Shown here: positions 1 through 7,818 of the stretch, one piece after another
How positions within the stretch are numbered: the first letter of the stretch is position 1
Layout: each line of letters begins with the position of its first letter
IMG/VR virus record: IMGVR_UViG_3300025133_000049
Coordinates: 30,788 to 94,787 of that record
Length of the DNA: 64,000 nucleotides
DNA from: a virus
Reading direction: 5' to 3' (one strand)
The notes under the pieces: model-generated
The model's input: only the letters and a program-made list of their open reading frames with translations
Told to the model about the DNA's origin: nothing
Database searches by the model: none
Position numbers and translations under genes: made by a program

Positions 1-218
1 ATTTTTAGATGCATTGGTTTAATTATATATACTGCATATCTAGCTAATCCTAGAACTGCTGCAGGTATTAGTAAGAAACATACTATTGCATACAATACTA
101 TCTTTAACCCTAACATACTATCTAGGGTTATGGCTCCGATCAGTAATCCAATACATACTGAGTTCATTATAACTATGAATGCATAGTCTTTCGCGTATTC
201 TTTATAATCTTTTTTCAT
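1..218 (-). CDS. hypothetical membrane protein (runs off window), MKKDYKEYAKDYAFIVIMNSVCIGLLIG...
   Basis: Manually translated; open to the window edge; two hydrophobic segments; abuts the preceding ORF. Confidence 0.7.
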   Translation of the reverse strand, partial: MKKDYKEYAKDYAFIVIMNSVCIGLLIGAITLDSMLGLKIVLYAIVCFLLIPAAVLGLARYAVYIIKPMHLK

Positions 219-220
219 AA

Positions 221-352
221 TTATACATTTATAGCCATCATAGGCATGGTTAATTTTCTATATCTATTGTAATACTTTGACCATCCTGCTCCATATACTT
301 CTTTATACTTTGCAATATTACGGTCCTCTTTGTTAATCATTCGTGGTCTCAT
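221..352 (-). CDS. small basic hypothetical protein (43 aa, MRPRMINKEDRNIAKY...)
   Basis: Manual translation; AAAAAAACACAC leader before ATG; tightly packed operon. Confidence 0.65.
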   Translation of the reverse strand: MRPRMINKEDRNIAKYKEVYGAGWSKYYNRYRKLTMPMMAINV

Positions 353-370
353 GTGTGTTTTTTTAATTAT

Positions 371-460
371 TTAATATTTATTGTGTAATCTAATCCGGTT
401 CAGTAGCCATAGTGCGAAACATATGACTACTGTTATTAAAAATATATTTATTGCTCCCAT
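371..460 (-). CDS. 29-aa single-TM microprotein (MGAINIFLITVVICFALWLLNRIRLHNKY)
   Basis: Manual translation; AAATAACACAAGAAT leader; hydrophobic helix followed by a basic tail. Confidence 0.55.
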   Translation of the reverse strand: MGAINIFLITVVICFALWLLNRIRLHNKY

Positions 461-603
461 ATTCTTGTGTTATTTACTTTAGAATGTGTTTCTAATGCCT
501 CTATTCTATTTGTTATTTCATCATAGATTTCATCAGCATCGTAATGTAAATCCTTTTCAGCACTCTCTTCGAGCCATGCTGCTAGTTTCTTTAGTTCGTC
601 CAT
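448..603 (-). CDS. small acidic hypothetical protein (51 aa, MDELKKLAAWLEES...)
   Basis: Manual translation; TAATG stop/start overlap with 603..878. Confidence 0.65.
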   Translation of the reverse strand: MDELKKLAAWLEESAEKDLHYDADEIYDEITNRIEALETHSKVNNTRIWEQ

Positions 604-878
604 TATTTTTGAAGTGTTGTTACGATTAAATATTGTTCAGATAGTTTAGCAAGAGCTTTAAGTTCATTAATACTAAATCTAGCATCCTCAGATGCATATA
701 ATAATGTATTACCATCATCAATAACTTTGACGTATCCTTCAGTTCTTAATACTTTCATTGATCCAGAGTATGAATCAGTTGTTTCAGTGTTCCAAACTGC
801 AAATGCTAGTGATATAATTAGTATAATACCTAGTATTGTACTAAAGTGATCAAATATAAATTGTTTAAATGTTTTCAT
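603..878 (-). CDS. hypothetical protein with N-terminal TM helix
   Basis: ORF track; translational coupling with both neighbours. Confidence 0.75.
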   Translation of the reverse strand: MKTFKQFIFDHFSTILGIILIISLAFAVWNTETTDSYSGSMKVLRTEGYVKVIDDGNTLLYASEDARFSINELKALAKLSEQYLIVTTLQK

Positions 879-1087
879 TATCCTAATCTTATGTTGTTAA
901 TACTATTAATTGTTAAGTGTTCTGCTAATCTTGTTGTGTATATTTTACAGCTCACTGTATTGTTAGCCTTTTCAGGTGTCCAAGTTCTAATGTGTTCAGT
1001 TATATCTTCGAATGAACTAAATGTTTGTTCATCCGTAATAATAAGATTTGCAGGTGTTTGCCATTTATGTATGAGTAAATACTCCAT
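878..1087 (-). CDS. hypothetical early protein
   Basis: ORF track; coupled to neighbours. Confidence 0.7.
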   Translation of the reverse strand: MEYLLIHKWQTPANLIITDEQTFSSFEDITEHIRTWTPEKANNTVSCKIYTTRLAEHLTINSINNIRLG

Positions 1088-1090
1088 AGT

Positions 1091-1366
1091 TTAACGTGTT
1101 ATTTGTTCTATTGAAACTGTTTCCTCATTAAATAGTACTCCATCTTCATTATTATATGACCAAGTGACAGCATAACCTTTATGAATAAAGAAGCCAACAT
1201 ATCTAGTTAACCTACGTGTAGGATAATTATCATGATTACTATATTCCCAGGCTTTTGTTTTTTGTTCTGGTGTTTGATTTGGTACTAATAATGCTTTAAT
1301 TTCAACCACTGCATCCTCATCTTGAGGAGCAGTAGTTTTGTTTAGTTCTTCTGTAAGTTTTCTCAT
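1091..1366 (-). CDS. hypothetical early protein
   Basis: ORF track; AAATAACACACAA leader. Confidence 0.75.
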   Translation of the reverse strand: MRKLTEELNKTTAPQDEDAVVEIKALLVPNQTPEQKTKAWEYSNHDNYPTRRLTRYVGFFIHKGYAVTWSYNNEDGVLFNEETVSIEQITR

Positions 1367-1373
1367 TTGTGTG

Positions 1374-1460
1374 TTATTTATAGTTGTCTAGAACATCACT
1401 ACATGTGCCTACTATCCATCCAACTAAAATTATTACTAATATTACTCCAAGTATTATCAT
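1374..1460 (-). CDS. 28-aa single-TM microprotein (MIILGVILVIILVGWIVGTCSDVLDNYK)
   Basis: Manual translation; fills the gap between two ORFs exactly. Confidence 0.55.
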   Translation of the reverse strand: MIILGVILVIILVGWIVGTCSDVLDNYK

Positions 1461-1461
1461 A

Positions 1462-1608
1462 TTACTCTTCTTTGTGTACATCGAGAACACTAGGCATACA
1501 TACCTTGTCCCTTAATATACTGATTGCTTGTTTTGTTGAATTAGCTTTGATCATTGTTACGTGATGATGAGCTGTACTATCGATGATGTATCTTAATGTG
1601 TATACCAT
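1462..1608 (-). CDS. hypothetical protein (likely start MVYTLRY at 1608)
   Basis: ORF 1462..1650 from the track; the ATG at 1608 has an AAATAACACAATC leader like other early genes. Confidence 0.6.
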   Translation of the reverse strand: MVYTLRYIIDSTAHHHVTMIKANSTKQAISILRDKVCMPSVLDVHKEE

Positions 1609-1688
1609 GATTGTGTTATTTAGTGTGATTTGTAAAACCAAGGCCAACACATTACATGTTGACCTGGTTTACACACACAAATTATACT

Positions 1689-1859
1689 CTAATCTAATTT
1701 ATTTAAAATGTCATTAATAAACCCACCCTGTTGGGTACGTCTATTTTTACGCTTTACTTGTCGTTCAATCTTGTGGTCTTGTATATCACGGTTAAACTTA
1801 CTCTCTCTGTATAGATAGTGAAGTGTTGCTAATACAATTCCAATGGCTAAGGGTGTCAT
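1689..1859 (-). CDS. 56-aa protein with N-terminal hydrophobic segment and basic tail (MTPLAIGIVLATLHYLYRESK...)
   Basis: Manual translation; A-rich leader. Confidence 0.55.
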   Translation of the reverse strand: MTPLAIGIVLATLHYLYRESKFNRDIQDHKIERQVKRKNRRTQQGGFINDILNKLD

Positions 1860-1879
1860 TTGTTTGAAATTTAATTAAT

Positions 1880-2415
1880 AATTCAGTGTGTTATTCGATA
1901 ACCTAGGTTAATGTGTGAGCACAACAGTCGCAACTGCCTAGGGTTTACATATTTTAAAAACTCTTCAGCTTTCATGCAGGACTGCTCTGTGTTTGTTTAT
2001 CTTCAAGCTGAAGAGTTAAAAGGTAAAGCCCACAACACGCCAAACAGTTGTGGTAGTACTTGGATAATGGTATTGCCTGCTCGATTACCATTGTTTAATA
2101 CCTGCGTATACATAGCAGTCCGAGGTATCCTATTTGAGTACTATTGAGTGATTTAGGCCTACTCAAGCTTTATAGTATTTTACAGTAATACTATACTGTG
2201 TGAGTTAGCTAGGACTCTTAGAACCACATAATGGTCTTATTTGAATGCCTTTATATGCTTGGCCTAGCTATTAGTTCTCCAGGTGTTATTTAGTTGTCAA
2301 TCTGCAGTGAGCTATATATCATGAGGTGCTATGCTCTTGAGTCTATTACCTGAGAGTTGTGAGTGTTTGTATGATCTTAATTCATGGGCGATAACACTCT
2401 AACCCTTACGTGCAA
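1880..2415 (-). ncRNA. candidate large structured non-coding RNA / leader (unassigned family)
   Basis: No credible ORF; many nested inverted repeats, e.g. 1959-1971/2005-2017, 2030-2036/2047-2053, 2054-2060/2137-2143, 2171-2179/2187-2195, 2206-2213/2263-2270, 2361-2367/2393-2399. Strand inferred from flanking genes. Confidence 0.5.
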
Positions 2416-2416
2416 T

Positions 2417-2659
2417 TTACATTGTAATGAATAAGTAGATAGCTCCTAACCATATTGCCAGTGTTATCAATATAACCAGTAGGCAACCAATGTTAGCGCC
2501 TACTACTCTATCTTGATACTCTTGTATTTCGTCTCTTTTATTTTGTAGTTCTTGATACTTATTAGTATGTTCTTGATATTTACTTTCTTGTTCTTGGTAT
2601 TTATGTACTAGTTCTGGATCTTTACCAATAAGATCAATTAGTTTATCGTTATTTTTCAT
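2417..2659 (-). CDS. coiled-coil protein with C-terminal TM helix
   Basis: ORF track; heptad-like KYQE repeats followed by a hydrophobic C-terminus. Confidence 0.75.
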   Translation of the reverse strand: MKNNDKLIDLIGKDPELVHKYQEQESKYQEHTNKYQELQNKRDEIQEYQDRVVGANIGCLLVILITLAIWLGAIYLFITM

Positions 2660-2856
2660 GGGTGTGTGTTTAATAAATGATTCATTGCTTGCTCTTTACT
2701 ATTAAAATATCTTGACTCTCTTGTGTATGGTCCTTCATCACACATTCTACCAACATAATATCCAGCGTTGGATCTTAATACTTGTAGTTCCGTGATACCT
2801 GTTACACCTTCTTCATCAGTGTAAATGAACGTTGATCTTAATTTATCTAGTTTCAT
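2656..2856 (-). CDS. hypothetical phage protein (VLRSNAGYYVG...PYTRESRYF motif)
   Basis: ORF track; ATGA overlaps; motif resembles a small conserved phage protein family. Confidence 0.75.
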   Translation of the reverse strand: MKLDKLRSTFIYTDEEGVTGITELQVLRSNAGYYVGRMCDEGPYTRESRYFNSKEQAMNHLLNTHP

Positions 2857-2948
2857 AGTTGTTTAGTGTTATGGTGTTGGTAAACTAAAACTATTACTCC
2901 GGATATCATTAAAGTTATTCCTATGATTAGCATTATTGTAGTTTCCAT
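2853..2948 (-). CDS. 31-aa single-TM microprotein (METTIMLIIGITLMISGVIVLVYQHHNTKQL)
   Basis: Manual translation; AAATAACTACACA leader; ATGA overlap with the next gene. Confidence 0.6.
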   Translation of the reverse strand: METTIMLIIGITLMISGVIVLVYQHHNTKQL

Positions 2949-2955
2949 TGTGTAG

Positions 2956-3102
2956 TTATTTATTGTTCTTGTACATCAATACCAGGAATATTACTGCTAA
3001 TATTGCTACTGGTATTAATGCTATTGGTCCAAACATGTATGCTACGATACATGCTAATATGGCTGCTTCGCCTCCTCCTGTTGATCTTATTGGTCCTAAC
3101 AT
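2956..3102 (-). CDS. 48-aa membrane microprotein (MLGPIRSTGGGEAAILACIVAYMFGPIALIPVAILAVIFLVLMYKNNK)
   Basis: Manual translation; fills the gap between neighbours; long hydrophobic stretch. Confidence 0.6.
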   Translation of the reverse strand: MLGPIRSTGGGEAAILACIVAYMFGPIALIPVAILAVIFLVLMYKNNK

Positions 3103-3104
3103 GA

Positions 3105-3365
3105 TTAGTGTCTTAAAGCATTTTCACTTACTGTATCATTTACAAATGCAAGTGCATCCCATATTGATACTATGGCTTGATCGTGCATTAGTTCTTTAAC
3201 ACCATTAACTTGCCTAATGTAAGAATAATATACTAATACTGAAGGACTACCATTGCCCTTATGTCCTTTATACTTTATAGTTCTCCAATATTTAGGCTTT
3301 ACTTCATTAACTAAGTATTGATGTAATAGCTTATCCAAGTGGGTTTTAATATTATCTTGTTCCAT
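3105..3365 (-). CDS. hypothetical early protein
   Basis: ORF track; TAAATCATACACA leader. Confidence 0.75.
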   Translation of the reverse strand: MEQDNIKTHLDKLLHQYLVNEVKPKYWRTIKYKGHKGNGSPSVLVYYSYIRQVNGVKELMHDQAIVSIWDALAFVNDTVSENALRH

Positions 3366-3375
3366 TGTGTATGAT

Positions 3376-3528
3376 TTAAAATGTTGTTTCTACTGGATGA
3401 TTACGAGCATCAAGCTCATCTTCCATATCTAGGTCCATTTGTAGTCTATTCATCATTTGTACAGACTCTTCAGATACTTTTAGGTTATCATATAACCATT
3501 GTTTCAAGTGTGATTGTTTGTGTTGCAT
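3376..3528 (-). CDS. 50-aa acidic hypothetical protein (MQHKQSHLKQWLYDNLKVSEE...)
   Basis: Manual translation; TAAATCACACACA leader. Confidence 0.6.
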   Translation of the reverse strand: MQHKQSHLKQWLYDNLKVSEESVQMMNRLQMDLDMEDELDARNHPVETTF

Positions 3529-3544
3529 TGTGTGTGATTTAATG

Positions 3545-4030
3545 TTATATTAATAAGACAAGGTAGGCTAGCCTCTGTATACCTAAAACATCGGACGGAC
3601 TAGCTCTATTAAACCTTATCTTGTATTAATGTAATGCTAACTTACGTGCTAGTCAATTAGGCTTACGGTTCATTACCGGATTACAAGCATTACATTATGT
3701 ACTCTGTTACTGTTATTAAATATTAATTAACCATAACCTCCGTAAAGGTATCATTCACTCTAAGTAGTATATTCCAAGTCATCATGTGACAAGTTAGATA
3801 GTTGGTTGGTGTATTCCGCACCTACTCTTAGTGTTAATTAATGTACTTCTGTTATGTATGGTCAAAGTGTACCATGTATTGTTTATGTAATATAAATGAG
3901 GCTAAACTAGTGCTAGCGTACTATCACTAATATGCCTAATATGTGGGTGAGGTGACTGTCACCCTTCCTCCATCTCACTTATCGTACTAATGAGTTAGGC
4001 CTGTCGTACTAGGCTGTTTGGCCTAAACAA
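3545..4030 (-). ncRNA. second candidate structured non-coding RNA / leader
   Basis: ORF-free; inverted repeats 3627-3638/3686-3697 (12 bp), 3722-3731/3833-3842, 3995-4001/4020-4026 and others. Confidence 0.4.
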
Positions 4031-4049
4031 TAAAGGGTCCGAAGACCCT
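4025..4049 (-). terminator. intrinsic terminator-like hairpin after ORF 4055..4483
   Basis: Minus strand reads AGGGTC-TTCG-GACCCT followed by TTATTGTTT; UUCG tetraloop. Confidence 0.7.
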
Positions 4050-4054
4050 AATTG

Positions 4055-4483
4055 TTATACTTCATTAACGTTAGTTACCCTAAAGCGACCTTCGCTTTTC
4101 TTGACAGCTTGCTTCCAATTGCTAATGGCTTTGATACCATTATCATTGTCCTTGTAGGCATCCTTGACCTCGTCAAGATCTAATCCAACAGGTTCCTGTT
4201 TTGCTAAGTCGACAGTAATGTCGTCTTCAGGTGCGTAAGCTCCGCCTGTAATCTCTTCATACAATTCATTGCTTATGGTTCTACCTAAGCGCATACCGTT
4301 AGGTGTTTCTACCATGATATGAAATCCATTACCACTCTTATTCTCGCGGATGACCGCAGGGAATCCTTCGAGAGTTGCTACTGTTTCCCATAGCTTTAAT
4401 CCTCCTTGTTCACTATTAGTTCCTTCGAAGAACGCTTTGTGTTCTTTCGTGAACACCATTGTTGTTTCTTTTAAATCTGACAT
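4055..4483 (-). CDS. hypothetical protein, first gene of the leftward (early) block
   Basis: 142-aa ORF with an AT-rich leader and its own terminator hairpin. Confidence 0.85.
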   Translation of the reverse strand: MSDLKETTMVFTKEHKAFFEGTNSEQGGLKLWETVATLEGFPAVIRENKSGNGFHIMVETPNGMRLGRTISNELYEEITGGAYAPEDDITVDLAKQEPVGLDLDEVKDAYKDNDNGIKAISNWKQAVKKSEGRFRVTNVNEV

Positions 4484-4627
4484 GATTATTATTATTTAAA
4501 TTATTAATTTATTTATAGCCACCCTAGTGTGCCGATATGATACACGGGGGTGGTGTTACTATGTGGTCCCCGCTCAAAATAACCCGGATATATTATTGTG
4601 ATAAGGGTACAAAAAAATATAAAAAAT

Positions 4628-4659
4628 TTTGGTACACTAGAGATTTATAGTTATCTTTA
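4628..4659 (+). promoter_or_regulatory. Bacteroidota-type sigma70 promoter for the rightward block
   Basis: TTTG (4628-4631), 20 nt spacer, TATCTTTA (4652-4659); consensus is TTTG-N19-21-TAnnTTTG. Confidence 0.6.
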
Positions 4660-4757
4660 CCTCATGATAAACAAGTGTACCAATCTAATGCGTAAATGAT
4701 ACTATACTGTATATCTTTTACCGATTGAAATGGTACACCTTTAAACCCGCATAGAAT

Positions 4758-4952
4758 ATGGAAAGTTACACAATAAGCTACAAATACAAAGGAAAGTGGC
4801 ACAGAGCTATTCACTTCGAAGGAGACTTCACTTTAGATAAGGCTAGAGATGACGCAGATGCTATAGCAGAAGAACAACCCGGCAGACCAATACAGTTAAA
4901 GCTTAGGTATTATCCAGAGCCAAAATTATCACCTAGAAGTAAACTAGTATGA
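4758..4952 (+). CDS. hypothetical protein
   Basis: ORF track; ATGA overlap with the next gene. Confidence 0.7.
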   Translation: MESYTISYKYKGKWHRAIHFEGDFTLDKARDDADAIAEEQPGRPIQLKLRYYPEPKLSPRSKLV

Positions 4953-5782
4953 AAGTAGCAGCAGGACAAATAAGAGCTAATCAACCAGGTGAATTCCGCA
5001 CAGGATTTTTCTACGAGGATATTGTAGATGGTGCTACGTGGGGTGAAGCAGCAGAGGTTACTACACCTACAGGTACAATAGAAAAAGTATTAATACTAGA
5101 TCAGGTACCAATTAAGATCCCGTATATGCAGGTGTACTATGCGCGTAAAATCAAAGGGATTAAAGACCCATTCATAGCAGAGGTTCTTAGGGACTTTATG
5201 TTTTTCAATGAAGGGATAGACCAGGCTGGTATTAGTAAGTTGGTATCTTTTATAGTGAGATACTTGTGCTTACCAGCAGCAGGAATTACATATGAAACTT
5301 TATACCCGGTAGCTTATGAAATGATACCACACTTACCAGACCCAGAACTACTGTATGATCAGGTTATCTTATTTCAACGTGGTAGTTTGTTGCCGGCCAA
5401 AGAAAGAAAAAGCATGAGCCTGCAAGTACGAGGTATGAGGAACAGTTACCTCTTTGGGGAAATCATTCATAATGCAACCTTAGCTGCAATTGACAAAAGT
5501 CACCCTAAATTGAAGATCACCAAATTTAAGGTTCTGGAAGAAACAGCCTCTAGTGGTAGAGAAATCAAATCTGTCAAAACATTAAACGTCCATATTAAGG
5601 AGGAAACAGAGCATGTTTTAGACGTGGCTAATTCACACAGGCATTTTACTACAGGAAAGTCTTTGAATAAATATAAAAAATTCTTAGCTTTACCACCTAT
5701 GTCGGTGCGAGATATGAGCGCTACATTAGGGGTTAGTAAATCAACTGTAATGAAATACCGCGAAGTACATGACCAAGAATGA
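4949..5782 (+). CDS. protein with C-terminal helix-turn-helix
   Basis: MSVRDMSATLGVSKSTVMKY matches an HTH pattern. Confidence 0.75.
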   Translation: MKVAAGQIRANQPGEFRTGFFYEDIVDGATWGEAAEVTTPTGTIEKVLILDQVPIKIPYMQVYYARKIKGIKDPFIAEVLRDFMFFNEGIDQAGISKLVSFIVRYLCLPAAGITYETLYPVAYEMIPHLPDPELLYDQVILFQRGSLLPAKERKSMSLQVRGMRNSYLFGEIIHNATLAAIDKSHPKLKITKFKVLEETASSGREIKSVKTLNVHIKEETEHVLDVANSHRHFTTGKSLNKYKKFLALPPMSVRDMSATLGVSKSTVMKYREVHDQE

Positions 5783-5892
5783 TATAATAGTAACAACATT
5801 ATGCCACTACCCAATGTTCGATGGAGTAGTCGAAGTGGATCAAAACTACAATGGAACAGTAATTAAAATAAAAGTACATAAATACGAAGATT

Positions 5893-6201
5893 ATGAGTAA
5901 AAAAGGAGAAAAGAAGTTAGTTGATGATAAGCTAACTGAGAAGGACGTTAAAGATGCAACCGCTGAGGTGGGTGCTATTGAGGACAAAGAGGAAGAAGAA
6001 AAGCCTGAAAAGGTATATGTACCCAAAGTTCTTTTTACAAAGAAATGGGGTAAGCACTTTCCAGGCGACACAAAACAGGTTCACATAGAACTTATAAAGG
6101 AAGCCAAGCAGTCAGTTGATCAATACCATTCGGGCCAACTTGGAGTATTCACCAGTAAAGACCAGAAAGGAGGGTTTGTATCTAAGGTTCTAGCGTTGTA
6201 G
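5893..6201 (+). CDS. hypothetical charged protein
   Basis: ORF track; followed by a terminator. Confidence 0.75.
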   Translation: MSKKGEKKLVDDKLTEKDVKDATAEVGAIEDKEEEEKPEKVYVPKVLFTKKWGKHFPGDTKQVHIELIKEAKQSVDQYHSGQLGVFTSKDQKGGFVSKVLAL

Positions 6202-6247
6202 TTTCGGTCCCAGATGGGGCACGAAAAACAACATATCTTGAAATTGC

Positions 6248-6275
6248 GAGCGCCCTAGCGGGCGCTTTTGTATTT
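6248..6275 (+). terminator. intrinsic terminator
   Basis: GAGCGCCC-TAGC-GGGCGCTT followed by TTGTATTT. Confidence 0.75.
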
Positions 6276-6290
6276 AATAACAAAAATTGT

Positions 6291-6335
6291 TTCGTATTAT
6301 AATAATTTTTATTACCTTTGTCAGAACAACAAAAG
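6291..6335 (+). promoter_or_regulatory. Bacteroidota-type promoter with AACAACAAAAG leader
   Basis: TACCTTTG at 6313-6320; AACAACAAAAG at 6325-6335. Confidence 0.75.
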
Positions 6336-6342
6336 ATAAAAT

Positions 6343-6942
6343 ATGGACATCCTACAAAACAAGACAGTCGTGATCCCTATACAAGCTGGATCAGGAGAAC
6401 TGCTCAAGACTTACTTGAGGATATTTCTCGCGAAGATACGACTAACAGAAAATCAATTAGATGTCGCAAGTGCTTTAATCCCTAGATACGCTCAGTATGT
6501 AAATGATGGGGTAAGAGAACCTTACGCATCAACCTTATTATTCTCTACCAAAAACAGAAAAGATATAGCTAAGGAGCTTAAAATATCACAGGCCCATATG
6601 AACAATACGTTCTCAGCCCTGTTGGATAAAGGTATCCTAGCTAAAAATACAGATATTGGATACATGTTAGATCCGGGATTAGTCCCATGTAATGAACTTA
6701 TATTTAGGTTCTCAACAGAAGAGTATGAAAAACAAAGACAAGATACTCCGAGAAGTGTCGAAGAAGTTGAACCTACCCCTGAACCAAGTAGAGCAAGTAG
6801 TATTGAGCCAACTGAACCTGGCGCGTACAACAATGATGAACAAAACACAGAAGACAGTGTATCTGAGGAAAGTGGGTTATTGGATACCGACATCGATCAA
6901 GAAGAATCTTTACGCCCAAAGATCACAGACCATTATGAATAA
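6343..6942 (+). CDS. winged-HTH DNA-binding protein with acidic disordered C-terminal tail
   Basis: RKDIAKELKISQAHMNNTFSALLDKGIL fits a wHTH pattern; the tail overlaps the next gene. Confidence 0.75.
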   Translation: MDILQNKTVVIPIQAGSGELLKTYLRIFLAKIRLTENQLDVASALIPRYAQYVNDGVREPYASTLLFSTKNRKDIAKELKISQAHMNNTFSALLDKGILAKNTDIGYMLDPGLVPCNELIFRFSTEEYEKQRQDTPRSVEEVEPTPEPSRASSIEPTEPGAYNNDEQNTEDSVSEESGLLDTDIDQEESLRPKITDHYE

Positions 6943-6988
6943 CAAACAACAATCAATTATAAACGAGGATGATCCTCTAGAATTTTAA
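6725..6988 (+). CDS. HU/IHF-like DNA-binding protein (overlapping gene)
   Basis: MKNKDKILREVSKKLNLPLNQVEQVVLSQL...VYLRKVGYW resembles the HU helix-helix-beta core; ATG at 6725 is in frame with track ORF 6692..6988; ends 3 nt before the next gene. Confidence 0.7.
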   Translation: MKNKDKILREVSKKLNLPLNQVEQVVLSQLNLARTTMMNKTQKTVYLRKVGYWIPTSIKKNLYAQRSQTIMNNKQQSIINEDDPLEF

Positions 6989-6991
6989 ATT

Positions 6992-7744
6992 ATGAGTAAA
7001 GAAGCTAAATTAGTATTTGACATTACAAGTTTACCTACAGGATTATCACCAGCAGACTTTGTAAGAATGTATGACCAACATGGGCTGGTGTTTTGGGATA
7101 GTGAGAAAAACGGCATTAAACCCAAACTGTTCACAGGACCTGACCCATCAAAAGGAGAAGAAACAATTATTGTAGATACCAAAGGGAAAGAACTTGATCT
7201 AGAAACTTTCAATAAAGAGTTCGTTGACCACGAGAAGTGGGATAAGGAATTACACTACTGTTTAAATTCAGCGGTTTATTATTGGAATAATTATGGATCC
7301 CCTGCTTACCCGGTCACTAGAGATAGTGAAGCAGCCTTCCTAAAGTCTCTCAATCTTTCAGACCTGTCCGATGTGAAGGACTCTGATGATGCGGCGAAAC
7401 TTTGGGAAGCTCAGAAGGGTAAGGTAAAAGAAGCTCTAAAGCATGTAAACAAAGAACATCTTCAAGAAAGAGCTGTGGTTATGGAAGCTATGAAAGGAGC
7501 TTATTATGAAGAGGTGACTAAGATTGAAAAGGTTCTAGCTGATAAGGTAAAACTTCATGATAAGAATGGAGATAAGCTTATTGAAATTGAAGCTATCCAA
7601 AATATTGTAGGGAAAATTAAAACAGTTTCCCCTATCCCAGAGGAATACAGTAAGTATAGAAATAGAAAAATGAAGTGGGATCACCATATGTTAATAGCTA
7701 CTGATTATGCAGTTCTATTAAATATAGCTTATAAATTACTTTAA
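6992..7744 (+). CDS. hypothetical protein
   Basis: 250-aa ORF within the operon. Confidence 0.85.
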   Translation: MSKEAKLVFDITSLPTGLSPADFVRMYDQHGLVFWDSEKNGIKPKLFTGPDPSKGEETIIVDTKGKELDLETFNKEFVDHEKWDKELHYCLNSAVYYWNNYGSPAYPVTRDSEAAFLKSLNLSDLSDVKDSDDAAKLWEAQKGKVKEALKHVNKEHLQERAVVMEAMKGAYYEEVTKIEKVLADKVKLHDKNGDKLIEIEAIQNIVGKIKTVSPIPEEYSKYRNRKMKWDHHMLIATDYAVLLNIAYKLL

Positions 7745-7818
7745 TATGGTGGTAGTAAAAATTCAAACAGGTATGGATATCTTAGGTATCCAGCCTGTTT
7801 ATGTAACACATTATTTGT

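Noticed and set aside
846-3199. Plus-strand ORFs 846..1094, 1367..1564, 1911..2147 and 2948..3199
   Set aside because: Antisense to a tightly tiled minus-strand operon or lying within the hairpin block; no supporting initiation signals.
1880-4030. CRISPR mini-array, tRNA, tmRNA or hammerhead ribozyme in the non-coding blocks
   Set aside because: No regularly spaced direct repeats, no T-loop/CCA cloverleaf, and no complete CUGANGA..GAAA core found by eye.
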